Part shown: positions 30,302 through 39,742 of the stretch, in pieces
Position numbering within the stretch: position 1 is the first letter of the stretch
How the letters are laid out: every line of letters begins with the position of its first letter
Assembly: GCA_038206135.1 (NCBI GenBank)
Contig: JBBRBD010000001.1
Location: 65,919 to 129,918 of the forward strand
DNA from: Patescibacteria group bacterium
GTDB taxonomy: Bacteria > Patescibacteriota > Microgenomatia > UBA8517
Direction: 5' to 3'
Length of the DNA: 64,000 bases
Position numbers and translations under genes: made by a program
Notes under the pieces: model-generated
Databases searched by the model: none
Told to the model about the DNA's origin: nothing
Seen by the model: the letters and a program-made list of their open reading frames with translations, nothing else

Positions 30302-31057
30302 ATGAATAAAAAGTATGTTCCATTAGTCCTTGTTGGAATCGGAATTCTCGCTGTTGTCGGTGTTTTTGCAAGTATGCGCATAGGTTCTACTCCCGAACCC
30401 ACACCATCACCTGTGGTTGAAGAAGTGGCTCCAGATGTTCCATTTGACCAACGCCCTTATGTAACACTTACACCACGCTCTGATGGCCATTGGGTCAAGC
30501 TCTCAATTATGGGTGTAAACAAGGTGTCTGGTGCGGCTTCAATTGATTATGTATTAGAATATCGGACATCTGCCGATGTAAATCAAGGCGTTCCTGGCTC
30601 GGTAAAGCTTTCTGGAATTACTAATATTGATCGTGATCTTCTCCTTGGTTCTGAATCATCGGGTAAGTTTAGGTACGATGATGGTGTCACAAAAGGAAGT
30701 CTGACACTTAGGTTTAGAGATACATCAGGAAAACTTCTGGGTAAACTATCAACTGACTTTAGTTTGCAAGATTACACTGCTGATACTCTAGTTTCAGTAG
30801 ATGGAAACTTTAGTTATAAGCTAGACAAAAAAACTAAGAAAGGCTATTTTGTAACGATCAATACTCTTGGAGTGCCAGAAGGAGTAAAAGGGGAAATTGA
30901 AAAAGGACCATATGGCGTATTTACATCAGAGACAATCGCATTTCCAGGCAAGGTTACAATGGATGGTAAAACAATTAGTCGTTGGGGTGACGCCAAATGG
31001 AACATAATTAAAAACGGAGTATCTTCAGATCTTGGCGTATTTATCTCTACGAACTAG
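30302..31057 (+). CDS. Hypothetical exported protein (N-terminal TM/signal anchor)
   Basis: N-terminus VPLVLVGIGILAVVGVFASM, then a Pro/Thr linker and a beta-rich domain. Confidence 0.4.
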   Translation: MNKKYVPLVLVGIGILAVVGVFASMRIGSTPEPTPSPVVEEVAPDVPFDQRPYVTLTPRSDGHWVKLSIMGVNKVSGAASIDYVLEYRTSADVNQGVPGSVKLSGITNIDRDLLLGSESSGKFRYDDGVTKGSLTLRFRDTSGKLLGKLSTDFSLQDYTADTLVSVDGNFSYKLDKKTKKGYFVTINTLGVPEGVKGEIEKGPYGVFTSETIAFPGKVTMDGKTISRWGDAKWNIIKNGVSSDLGVFISTN

Positions 31058-31065
31058 TATTCTTC

Positions 31066-31095
31066 AAAAAAAACACACTGGTATGAAACCAGTGT
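31066..31095 (-). terminator. Intrinsic terminator for the minus-strand gene at 31107-31637
   Basis: An 8-bp stem, acactggt (31075-31082) paired with accagtgt (31088-31095), with loop atgaa. The plus-strand A8 run (31066-31073) gives a U8 tail on the minus strand. Confidence 0.5.
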
Positions 31096-31106
31096 ATTAA
31101 AAATCT

Positions 31107-31637
31107 TCATTGAAATGTAATCGTACTTATTTGGAAACTTCCATCAGGCCGCACATAGTATATATGTAGCTTACCTGCCTTTATAAACATCAACGAAGTC
31201 CAAGCCCAAATCCAGTAATCAGGATTATATTCGTTATGAAACTCGGCTACTACTTTGTCGCTACCGTCTTTTTGCAAGTGAATTTCACCTTTTTCTGGGT
31301 AGTACACATAATATCCATAGTCCGAATGTTGTCCAGTTGGATTTATTGGTTTATATGACAACAAATCATCCATCGAGATATTTGTGTGATCCCATCCTTG
31401 TCCATTTTGCTTGAGTAGAATCACTTTTCCTGACCACGTCGCAAAAACAGGATCGTAACCCGTGGGCAGCGATTGATCTTCATAATACCAAAATCCACCG
31501 TTAGCCGGATCAATTGGAATCGGAATACTTGTAGGTTCAGGTATTTGCTGTTTTGGTACAACAAAACAACCAGGAATCAACATCAAGATTATTAACCCGA
31601 AATTTATAAAGCAAAATCTAAGCCAATTTGGTTTCAT
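31107..31637 (-). CDS. Hypothetical secreted protein, probable lipoprotein
   Basis: Signal peptide MKPNWLRFCFINFGLIILMLIPGC with a lipobox-like LIPGC. Confidence 0.4.
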   Translation of the reverse strand: MKPNWLRFCFINFGLIILMLIPGCFVVPKQQIPEPTSIPIPIDPANGGFWYYEDQSLPTGYDPVFATWSGKVILLKQNGQGWDHTNISMDDLLSYKPINPTGQHSDYGYYVYYPEKGEIHLQKDGSDKVVAEFHNEYNPDYWIWAWTSLMFIKAGKLHIYYVRPDGSFQISTITFQ

Positions 31638-31742
31638 TCAATTTACCCCCTAGCTTATTAACAAGTACAAAAATATATCACAAGAAATCCCATAACACAA
31701 TTATTTTAATTGTTACATCAAATATTATGAAAACTCTTCCCC

Positions 31743-31771
31743 TTGACGAGTGTGTGAAAACTATTCATAAT
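31743..31771 (+). promoter_or_regulatory. Sigma70-like promoter of the mraZ/dcw operon
   Basis: TTGACG (31743-31748), a 17-nt spacer, then CATAAT (31766-31771). Confidence 0.5.
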
Positions 31772-31796
31772 GGTGAAGATTGGTGACAAATGGTGA
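31771..31796 (+). promoter_or_regulatory. Putative MraZ operator: three direct TGGTGA repeats with 10-nt periodicity
   Basis: TGGTGA at 31771-31776, 31781-31786 and 31791-31796, starting at the last base of the -10 and ending 4 nt before the mraZ ATG at 31800. MraZ is known to bind arrays of direct GTGG/TGGG-type repeats in its own promoter. Confidence 0.55.
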
Positions 31797-31799
31797 AAT

Positions 31800-32231
31800 A
31801 TGCTACTAGGAAACTACTTAAGTCAACTCAGCGCGGGGAACAGAGTGGCCGTTCCCAAAAAGTTTCGTTCTCAACTAGGGGAAACTTGTATTGTGGCCAA
31901 ATGGTACGACAAATGTATTGTGCTTCTATCAGAGGAAGCATGGAGTGAACTTTTACAACGATTAACAGTAACGGAAACAATTCCAACTGCCGCAGTCCGC
32001 GACACTATGCGATTTGTCATGGGTTCAGCTTTTGATGTGAACTTTGACACACAAGGACGATTTGTTATTCCGGAGGCATTGTTGAAATATGCAGGTATAA
32101 GCGGAGAAGTAATGTTCCTTGGGCTTGGATCACGCATTGAAATTTGGGATAAGCAAGAATGGCAAGCTAAAGAAGATTATATTTCAGAGCATGCGGGGGC
32201 GCTCTTAGAACAACTTGCAGATGGAAAGTAA
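31800..32231 (+). CDS. mraZ: Transcriptional regulator MraZ
   Basis: MLLGNYLSQLSAGNRVAVPKKFR...; two-repeat MraZ architecture, about 143 aa; first gene of the dcw cluster. Confidence 0.85.
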   Translation: MLLGNYLSQLSAGNRVAVPKKFRSQLGETCIVAKWYDKCIVLLSEEAWSELLQRLTVTETIPTAAVRDTMRFVMGSAFDVNFDTQGRFVIPEALLKYAGISGEVMFLGLGSRIEIWDKQEWQAKEDYISEHAGALLEQLADGK

Positions 32232-33060
32232 AGTGGTTCATGAGCCTGTTCTTTTAGAGGAAGTACTTGTAGGGTTAGAGATTAAGGTTGATGGAATGTA
32301 TATAGATGCAACACTTGGCGCAGGAGGCCATAGTGAAGCAATTTTAGGGCTCGGAGGTAAAGTTCTGGGTATTGAGGCCGATGAAACAATGATCAAACTT
32401 TCGGAGGAGCGTTTAGCAAAAAGCTGTCCTACGCTCGTCCGAGGGAATTTTGAGAACATTGTAGAAATCGCTCGATCCCAAAACTTTGCCCCAGTAGACG
32501 GGGTGTTAATGGATTTGGGTGTTTCAAACTTTCATTACGAAACTCTAAAAAGAGGTTTTAGTTTTAGAAATGAAAGTGAACCGCTTGATATGAGGCTCTC
32601 AGAGAAAGATAGCGCAGTTACGGCGGCAACACTTTTAAATGTACTTTCTGAAAGTCAATTATTAACCCTTTTTGAGGAAGTAATTGGAAATCATAAAGCG
32701 AGGCTTATAACGAAACAAATATTAAGAGCTCGTGTAAGTAAACCTTTTGAAACAGTGTTCGATTTGAAAAGAGCTGCTCGTGAAATGGCTCCGGAGGTGT
32801 TTTTAGCACTACGAATCGCAGTAAACACCGAGTTTCAAGTTTTAGAGAATGGGATCAGAGGAGCATATGAAATCCTAAAAGTTGGTGGAAAATTAGCCGT
32901 TATATCGTTTCATTCACTTGAAGACAAAATAGTTGTGAGATTGTTTCGAGAGTTTGGAGGAGAAATGGAAACAAAAGAGCCAATTGTTCCGAGTCAAGAA
33001 GAAGTACAACGAAATTCAAAAAGTCGGTCTGCTTTACTAAGAATTATCAGAAAATCATGA
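32215..33060 (+). CDS. rsmH: 16S rRNA (cytosine1402-N4)-methyltransferase RsmH (MraW)
   Basis: HEPVLLEEVL...YIDATLGAGGHSEAIL. Confidence 0.85.
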   Translation: MQMESKVVHEPVLLEEVLVGLEIKVDGMYIDATLGAGGHSEAILGLGGKVLGIEADETMIKLSEERLAKSCPTLVRGNFENIVEIARSQNFAPVDGVLMDLGVSNFHYETLKRGFSFRNESEPLDMRLSEKDSAVTAATLLNVLSESQLLTLFEEVIGNHKARLITKQILRARVSKPFETVFDLKRAAREMAPEVFLALRIAVNTEFQVLENGIRGAYEILKVGGKLAVISFHSLEDKIVVRLFREFGGEMETKEPIVPSQEEVQRNSKSRSALLRIIRKS

Positions 33061-33338
33061 ATACATCACAATCAGTTCAAAAAAAATATGTAATCCTTCC
33101 GGTTTTACTAGTCGCAGGAATTGTAATTACCTCAATTTTCACAACAGCCACATCATCGGTTCTCCAATCAGTAAAGAAGGATATTACTCGGGTGAATGTA
33201 GACACTGAACAAGTACAGGAAGAATTTCATTCAAAAACATCCCTCACTTCTTTATCTGGCAAAATTGCAGAATTAGGCTTCACAAAAGAAACTGCTGAAT
33301 ATATCAAGGGAGCTGGAACTCCTTTGGCATACCGCTAA
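33057..33338 (+). CDS. Small bitopic protein in the FtsL position (FtsL/DivIC-like)
   Basis: 93 aa with an N-terminal TM (YVILPVLLVAGIVITSIF), located between rsmH and ftsI. Confidence 0.4.
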   Translation: MNTSQSVQKKYVILPVLLVAGIVITSIFTTATSSVLQSVKKDITRVNVDTEQVQEEFHSKTSLTSLSGKIAELGFTKETAEYIKGAGTPLAYR

Positions 33339-33339
33339 T

Positions 33340-35058
33340 ATGAAAGATCGGAGTCGTATTCTTGCTATTATTTTTTTAATTGGTGTTGCGGGCTTAGTGT
33401 CTCGCTTATTTTATTGGCAAATTGTTCAAGGACCATCGCTTTCTACTCTTGCCGCGGCACAACAAACAAGTAGAACAACATTAAAAGCAAAGCGGGGCGG
33501 AATATATTCTGACGACGGATCTGTGCTTACAGCATCTGCTGTTAGTTGGAAGTTATTTCTTTATCGTCCTCAATTTACTGGAAGTGAATCCGAACTAGTA
33601 AATAAACTAGCACCACTTCTTATTGATGATCAAACAAATATCCCTCTTTCGACCGCAAGTGAATCTGCTCGGCTTACCTCACTTCTTTCAAATAAGGAAG
33701 CTCAATGGATTCCATTGAAGCCGCAAATAAATAGAGATCAGAAAATGACTATCGATAACCTTGATATTGCAGGACTTGGTTTTGACGAGGCACAGACGCG
33801 AATGTATCCAGAAGCATCTATGAGTGCGCATCTGTTGGGGTTTCTTGGAAAGAATACAGATGGTGAAGATTTGGGTTACTTTGGTCTAGAAGGAAATTAT
33901 GATCTCTTATTATCTGGTAAAACCGGTGTTTCTGAGTCTCAATCGAATGCATTAGGAAGCGATGTTGTTTCTGATAATGATATAAAGCTAAATTCATATT
34001 CTGGTGCCGATTTGCTTACTAGTATAAATAAACCAATGCAGCTCTCAATCGAAAAACACTTAGCTGATGGATTGGCAAAGTATGAAGCTGAAGCGGGTAG
34101 TATTACTGTAATGGACCCTAAAACGGGTGAAATTCTTGCGATGTCGTCATTTCCAGCATATTCGCCACAAAAATATTTTGAAAGTTCAGATGAATTCTTT
34201 AGAGATCCTGTGATTTCAGATTCGTTTGAACCAGGTTCAATTATGAAACCAATTGTTATGGCCTCAGCTTTTGATGCACATCTGTTAGATCCGGATACTA
34301 CTTGTGATATTTGTAATGCTGCATATCATGTCGGGCCATATATTATTCGTACCTGGAATAATGAATATTTTGCGAATACTACAATGCGTGATGTCATCCG
34401 TCACTCAGACAATGTAGGAATGGTTTTTGTTGGCTTAAAGCTAGGGACAAACAGACTATATGACTATCTTTCAAAATTCGGTTTTGGAAAACTTACAAAT
34501 GTCGATTTACAGGGAGAATATGGTGCTCCAATGCGGAAGCTGTCGGAGTGGGGAGATGTCGAACGTGATACTGCGTCATTTGGACAAGGAATTGCTGTGA
34601 CTCCGATTCAAATGCTTTCTGCAATTTCTGTTATCGCAAATAATGGAGTGAGCGTAACTCCACACATAGTGAAGGCTGTGCAATTAGGCGATTGGAAGAA
34701 GGAAAAGACCTTCCCAAAAGGCATCAAAGTTATAAGCGCAGAAGCAAGCAGTGAAATGATAGATACAATGGTTTATGCAGTGGATGAAGGTGAGGCAAAA
34801 TGGGCTGTACCGAAAGGCTATGAAAAGATATTCGCTGGGAAAACTGGAACAGCTCAGGTTGCGGTTGATGGAAAGTATGATGATACAAAAACCAATGCCA
34901 GTTTTATTGGTTTTGGACCTGCAAACAACCCAAGATTTGCTATGTTAATTACCTTGAAACAGCCAAAGTCTTCTCCATGGGCGGCAGAAACCGCAGCTCC
35001 TTTGTGGTTCCAAACAGCAGTAGATGTAATGCGATATTTGGGGATACCTCCGAAGTGA
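33340..35058 (+). CDS. ftsI: Penicillin-binding protein (class B transpeptidase), FtsI/PBP2-like
   Basis: N-terminal TM; S-x-x-K in SIMKP, S-x-N in HSDNVG, and K-T-G in KTGTAQ. Confidence 0.8.
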   Translation: MKDRSRILAIIFLIGVAGLVSRLFYWQIVQGPSLSTLAAAQQTSRTTLKAKRGGIYSDDGSVLTASAVSWKLFLYRPQFTGSESELVNKLAPLLIDDQTNIPLSTASESARLTSLLSNKEAQWIPLKPQINRDQKMTIDNLDIAGLGFDEAQTRMYPEASMSAHLLGFLGKNTDGEDLGYFGLEGNYDLLLSGKTGVSESQSNALGSDVVSDNDIKLNSYSGADLLTSINKPMQLSIEKHLADGLAKYEAEAGSITVMDPKTGEILAMSSFPAYSPQKYFESSDEFFRDPVISDSFEPGSIMKPIVMASAFDAHLLDPDTTCDICNAAYHVGPYIIRTWNNEYFANTTMRDVIRHSDNVGMVFVGLKLGTNRLYDYLSKFGFGKLTNVDLQGEYGAPMRKLSEWGDVERDTASFGQGIAVTPIQMLSAISVIANNGVSVTPHIVKAVQLGDWKKEKTFPKGIKVISAEASSEMIDTMVYAVDEGEAKWAVPKGYEKIFAGKTGTAQVAVDGKYDDTKTNASFIGFGPANNPRFAMLITLKQPKSSPWAAETAAPLWFQTAVDVMRYLGIPPK

Positions 35059-35079
35059 GAGTACAATACTAAGAATTCT

Positions 35080-36213
35080 ATGAAAAAAATTGCAATCTGT
35101 TTCGGAGGAGTTTCACCAGAACATGAGGTTTCTATTATCACAGGACTTCAAGTAATTGAGCATATTGATACTACACAGTATCAATCCTATCCGCTTTATG
35201 TTTCTAAAACTGGCCAATTCTACTATTTGTTAAATGTAGGGTCCAGGACTGATTTCTTAAATGCTTCAAAAGTGCTTGTAAGTTTTGGTAAAGATCTAAA
35301 AGGTGGTTTTATGCAAACGTCTGGTTTTCTTTCAAAGAAAATTTATCTTGACGCAGCTTTTCTTGCATTTCATGGCGGAAACGGAGAATCAGGACAACTA
35401 GAAGGATTATTCGAATCCATTAGTGTTCCACACACAGGACATTCAGTCCTTACTTCAGCAATATCTATGAATAAACAAGTTACAAAAGAAATTGTAAGTT
35501 TACATAATGTAAAAACAATTGAGGGTCTTAGTTTTCAATCTAATGTAATAGCTCTAAATGCAGCCAAAGTAGCTCATATGGTCTGTCAAAAATTAAAATT
35601 ACCAGTTATCGTAAAACCGGCACATTTAGGATCGAGTATCGGTATTACTGTTTGTGAATCGGAAATTGCTGTGACTAAAGCATTACTTTTAAGTTCCAAA
35701 ATTGACACGGAAATTTTAGTAGAAAAATTGATGAAAGGTTTTGTTGAATATAATTGTGCAGTACGAACAATCGATGGGAAGATAGAAGTTAGCGAGATTG
35801 AGAAGCCAAATATGCAAGACGAAATATTATCTTTTAAAGATAAATATGAGCGAGGTGGTGGAAAGAAAACCGGAGGTATGGCTTCTTTAACTAGAGAACT
35901 ACCTGCAAAAGTCACATCTTCACTGAAAAAGGAAATTCAAGAAAAAGCAACATTAGTATATGAGTCGCTCCGTGCAACAGGAATGCTTCGTTGTGATTTT
36001 ATGTTTATAAATAAGACGCTATATTTAACAGAGGTAAATCCAATCCCTGGATCAATGTCATTCTATTTATGGGAAGCGAGTGGAATTAATTTTACTGATC
36101 AGATTACAGCAGCACTTCAGGAAGCTATCAATTTAGCAACAGTAGAAAATGATCAACAGCTTGATTATAAAACCGAAATTGTAAGCTCATTTGTTAATAG
36201 TACAAGTCGGTAA
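35080..36213 (+). CDS. ddl: D-alanine--D-alanine ligase
   Basis: MKKIAICFGGVSPEHEVSIITG at the N-terminus and an ATP-grasp C-terminus. Confidence 0.75.
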   Translation: MKKIAICFGGVSPEHEVSIITGLQVIEHIDTTQYQSYPLYVSKTGQFYYLLNVGSRTDFLNASKVLVSFGKDLKGGFMQTSGFLSKKIYLDAAFLAFHGGNGESGQLEGLFESISVPHTGHSVLTSAISMNKQVTKEIVSLHNVKTIEGLSFQSNVIALNAAKVAHMVCQKLKLPVIVKPAHLGSSIGITVCESEIAVTKALLLSSKIDTEILVEKLMKGFVEYNCAVRTIDGKIEVSEIEKPNMQDEILSFKDKYERGGGKKTGGMASLTRELPAKVTSSLKKEIQEKATLVYESLRATGMLRCDFMFINKTLYLTEVNPIPGSMSFYLWEASGINFTDQITAALQEAINLATVENDQQLDYKTEIVSSFVNSTSR

Positions 36214-37525
36214 GTTCTGGTTGAACTAGTAATATGTAACTCTTTGGTGAAAATTTTTGTTTTAGAATATGCCATGCTTCAGTCATATTTAGCGCAACTA
36301 TAGAATTTTCACTTTTGATTTCTGATGCGTAAATTGATTTCAATAAAATCACCAAATCAATGTGTGTATTAAGATATTCACCGTATTTAATATTTGAATC
36401 CTTGTTTTCAATTCCAAGCTCTGGGATGCCTGCCGTTATTACTATGGTTTTCATTCTTTTTTTGTGTCCTAGTCTAACTAGCTCATCTACAGCAGCACAT
36501 GCCGTCGTAAAACTAATATTATATGAATCATCAATAGCTTCATATCCATTCATATTCTGGTACTTTTGACGCCTGTCCGGGTGAGACAAATGCATGAGTG
36601 TATCGTCAATAATATCTTTCGTTGTTTTAAAGTTCTTTAGAACCTCTAAAGCCATGGAAAGATCTACTTTTCCTGTTTCACTCTCGATATTTGTTTGAAT
36701 TTGTTTTTTTGTTTTTTTAATTTGGATAACACTTTTTGAAATATTAATACCTATGTCTTCTATCTTTCTAAAATCGCTTTCAAAGACGTATTTTTTAGCA
36801 TTTTTATTTGTATAGTTAAAAACTTCTAAGATTGCTTGTGCCATGTTTTTTTGACTTCCAAATCGTTCTAAATGCTGATCTCCGATAGAAGTTATAATTG
36901 AAATATTAGGCTCAGTTATCAGGCAACTTCGTTTAATTTCTCCTAAGAAATAAGTGTCCATTTCAACCAAAAGTATTTCAGTTTTTTGTTCAAGATTTTT
37001 TATAATCCAAGCTGCAATTCCAGTAGGAGTATTTATGTTTCCTGGAATCATTTGTGTTTTGTAATCGTATTTAAGAAGCTCATGTAAGAAATTTTTTGTT
37101 GTAGTTTTTCCATATGAACCTGCAATAGCGATTATTTTCATGGGTGTGTGTGATAACACAGAAAGCTTTGCTTTTTGTTGTAATCGATATTTCATATATT
37201 CATAAAATCCGGCAAGCAATATATTAGAAAGAAGAACAAAAAGTGGAATTGATATCGGAATAAAAAATAGAATTAAATAACGTTGCAATACTAAAATCGT
37301 AACAATTGCGATTGTTGCTATTCCGATACTCAACAAAAATATTGTTTGAATTCTTGAAGTATATTTTAATGTGTCACGTTTTTGAATATTTCGACGAAAA
37401 TAAAACCGCTGCATTGTTTTAAAATATCGCGCATTATCATATTCTTCCAATTGAAGAATATACAAAAAATCTATGAATGGAAATATAATATTAAATTTTT
37501 TCAAGGAATTCTTTAACATAAGCAA
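36194..37525 (-). CDS. murF: UDP-MurNAc-tripeptide--D-Ala-D-Ala ligase MurF with an unusual N-terminal transmembrane domain
   Basis: Mur ligase P-loop IIAIAGSYGKTTTKNFL and the MurF-type IDDSYN motif. The first roughly 130 aa carry three hydrophobic helices (IQTIFLLSIGIATIAIVTILVL, LILFFIPISIPLFVLLSNILLAGF) in place of the usual N-terminal UDP-binding domain. Confidence 0.65.
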   Translation of the reverse strand: MLMLKNSLKKFNIIFPFIDFLYILQLEEYDNARYFKTMQRFYFRRNIQKRDTLKYTSRIQTIFLLSIGIATIAIVTILVLQRYLILFFIPISIPLFVLLSNILLAGFYEYMKYRLQQKAKLSVLSHTPMKIIAIAGSYGKTTTKNFLHELLKYDYKTQMIPGNINTPTGIAAWIIKNLEQKTEILLVEMDTYFLGEIKRSCLITEPNISIITSIGDQHLERFGSQKNMAQAILEVFNYTNKNAKKYVFESDFRKIEDIGINISKSVIQIKKTKKQIQTNIESETGKVDLSMALEVLKNFKTTKDIIDDTLMHLSHPDRRQKYQNMNGYEAIDDSYNISFTTACAAVDELVRLGHKKRMKTIVITAGIPELGIENKDSNIKYGEYLNTHIDLVILLKSIYASEIKSENSIVALNMTEAWHILKQKFSPKSYILLVQPELTDLYY

Positions 37526-38174
37526 AATATAGATATTGATGTGTTACAAAACTGTTATGACCCGCATTTTTGATAATTGAAAGCTGTCCCTTTAAAGTCA
37601 ATTCTAATGCTTTTCTTGCAACTATTAGAGGGGCTTCAGTATCCAACTCTCCCCACAAAAATAGTGTGGGTACTACAATTTTAGGTAAATACCTCGATTG
37701 ATCGAATATAACAGCATTACGCCATATTGCACCTAATCCTGATTTCTCTGCATGTTTGAGTTCTTGAGAGTATAAAGTAGACTTTAATTTTTTTGGAAAT
37801 ATATTTTTAATCGACTTAAAGATTTTATTTTTGATCTGAATATCTTTTTTCGGAAGATATAGGAGCGGAGCACCTGAGAGAATAATTCCTTTTAAGTTAC
37901 GAGGCTTTTGTGAAGCTATATAAGCTGCGAGTCTTCCACCGAAAGAATGTCCCAAAATTACGATTTTCTCATTCGAATATTTTTTTATATGTAGATTTAC
38001 CCATGTCGCATAGTCAGGTATACCCCAATCAGAACCCTGTAGAGGTTCTTTTCCAAATCCAGGTAAATCAAAGCTAATAACGCTTTTAACATCTTTTAGT
38101 GTTTCAAGTTTGATTTTAAGCATATCAAAGTCTGAAGCTTGCTGTCCCCATCCATGTAAAATAATAATATTCAT
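37491..38174 (-). CDS. Alpha/beta hydrolase (serine hydrolase fold)
   Basis: N-terminus MNIIILHGWG and the nucleophile elbow ILGHSFGG. Confidence 0.55.
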   Translation of the reverse strand: MNIIILHGWGQQASDFDMLKIKLETLKDVKSVISFDLPGFGKEPLQGSDWGIPDYATWVNLHIKKYSNEKIVILGHSFGGRLAAYIASQKPRNLKGIILSGAPLLYLPKKDIQIKNKIFKSIKNIFPKKLKSTLYSQELKHAEKSGLGAIWRNAVIFDQSRYLPKIVVPTLFLWGELDTEAPLIVARKALELTLKGQLSIIKNAGHNSFVTHQYLYFAYVKEFLEKI

Positions 38175-38287
38175 ACTGTTTATTATACGTAAAATTAAAG
38201 ATAAATCATAAAAACAACAATGCTAAATTTTGAACTATATCTTATAATGTGATAATATTGTGTATTGTAATTTTACTTTAAGGTCAC

Positions 38288-38995
38288 ATGAAGACAAAGC
38301 TTACATTTTCGAAATTTTTACATCAAACACTAGGTTGGACTATTTCTCAGGGAAGAGCTGTTTTAAATTTCGTAACTATTTTATCACTCCATCCCGGCAC
38401 ACATGAAATTTCACCAGCTCCAAAGTATGTTAGTCAACTTGCCGGTTCTGATAAGGATTCAATTCAAATGGTTTACGGTAAAATCGTTGATAAAACTGCT
38501 CAAAAGCGTTTTGGAGCAAGCAATGTAACAGATTTTAGTTATTGGGCATGGCGTTCATGTGCCATAGCAGGATTACAAATGATTCTTGCCGCATGTGTCA
38601 ATAAGAAATTTCACAAGTCAACAATGCAATTAGTTGAGGAAGCGCTTAGCTTTGGGGGATATAACATTAAAAATGACACTGGATGGTATCATTTGGCACT
38701 TATTAAACTGGCCAATAAATATGGAATAAAAGCCCATTCTGAGAAATTTGTGCACTATACGGATATTGTGCTGCACATTATGTCGAATAATTATGTATTG
38801 GCTTCACTGACAAGTGATCACGGTGGACATTTACTATTAATCTATGGCTTTACTATTCTAAATGGTCGAGTAGTTTCATTCACGACGCATGATCCAAATG
38901 ATTACCAACAAAAAGGTGAAGGTAGAGTTTATACATTGGGTGAATTTAACAAATTGTTTACTCGTCGCATAATTGTCTTTAGACAGGGGAAGTAA
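38288..38995 (+). CDS. Putative papain-like cysteine peptidase, C39-like domain
   Basis: The candidate catalytic Cys context WAWRSCAIAGLQMILA resembles the C39 CGxAxLxMIL motif, and a downstream His lies in GGHLLLIYGF. Confidence 0.35.
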   Translation: MKTKLTFSKFLHQTLGWTISQGRAVLNFVTILSLHPGTHEISPAPKYVSQLAGSDKDSIQMVYGKIVDKTAQKRFGASNVTDFSYWAWRSCAIAGLQMILAACVNKKFHKSTMQLVEEALSFGGYNIKNDTGWYHLALIKLANKYGIKAHSEKFVHYTDIVLHIMSNNYVLASLTSDHGGHLLLIYGFTILNGRVVSFTTHDPNDYQQKGEGRVYTLGEFNKLFTRRIIVFRQGK

Positions 38996-38997
38996 TA

Positions 38998-39684
38998 TTG
39001 AATACATCAGTTGGTTATCGATTGATTGGTCTTGGAAATAACGACACTTTGCAAAATCTGAAAAGTATTGAATCCGATCGAATCAACACTTTAATTTGGC
39101 AGGAAAGTGTTTGGTACGAGAAAAGTGTGATTCGGAGTGAAATCGATGCGCTCAACAAGGGAGTACTAATTGAAGTTTCAGATGATGGAGATAGATATCG
39201 TCTTATCTGGACTTTAAGGACACGTACACAACCAAAATCACTCACACCAAAAGCGTTTATACTTTTATTAGAATTGCTCAATATTTGGTATGAGTCGCTT
39301 AAAAACTACGATGGAATTGATAATATATATCTATCAATTTCTTCGTTGTACCGTACTCTGGATCTACAGTCTGAATTGAGCAAAACAACGCACATGGCGT
39401 CCACTGGTTTTAGTTCGCACACAACGGGAATGGCATTTGATATACATGCACGTGGGTACTACTCAGGGTACGATCGTCATTCGGTTGTAGCTTTAAGTGA
39501 AGAATTTGACCCGCTATACATTAATGTAATAAAGGCCATTTTAGAGAATGCTGAAAAGCAGGGTTTATGTCATGTGATAGTGGAGAAAGGGTATCGTCTT
39601 GAAATAGACACAGTTATTGAATACGACGCTTGTTATCATGTTTGCGTCTCGCCAGATTTTTTAACTAAGGCTCGGGATATTTAA
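38998..39684 (+). CDS. Putative M15-family (VanY/LAS-like) zinc peptidoglycan peptidase
   Basis: SSHTTGMAFDI fits the S-x-H-x-x-G-x-A-x-D zinc-binding motif of VanY-type D,D-carboxypeptidases, and a later His lies in YDACYHV. Confidence 0.35.
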   Translation: MNTSVGYRLIGLGNNDTLQNLKSIESDRINTLIWQESVWYEKSVIRSEIDALNKGVLIEVSDDGDRYRLIWTLRTRTQPKSLTPKAFILLLELLNIWYESLKNYDGIDNIYLSISSLYRTLDLQSELSKTTHMASTGFSSHTTGMAFDIHARGYYSGYDRHSVVALSEEFDPLYINVIKAILENAEKQGLCHVIVEKGYRLEIDTVIEYDACYHVCVSPDFLTKARDI

Positions 39685-39742
39685 TCCGAGCCTTTTAATC
39701 TTCAAAAAAAACAGGTAAATGATACACTCTGTCTAGGATATT

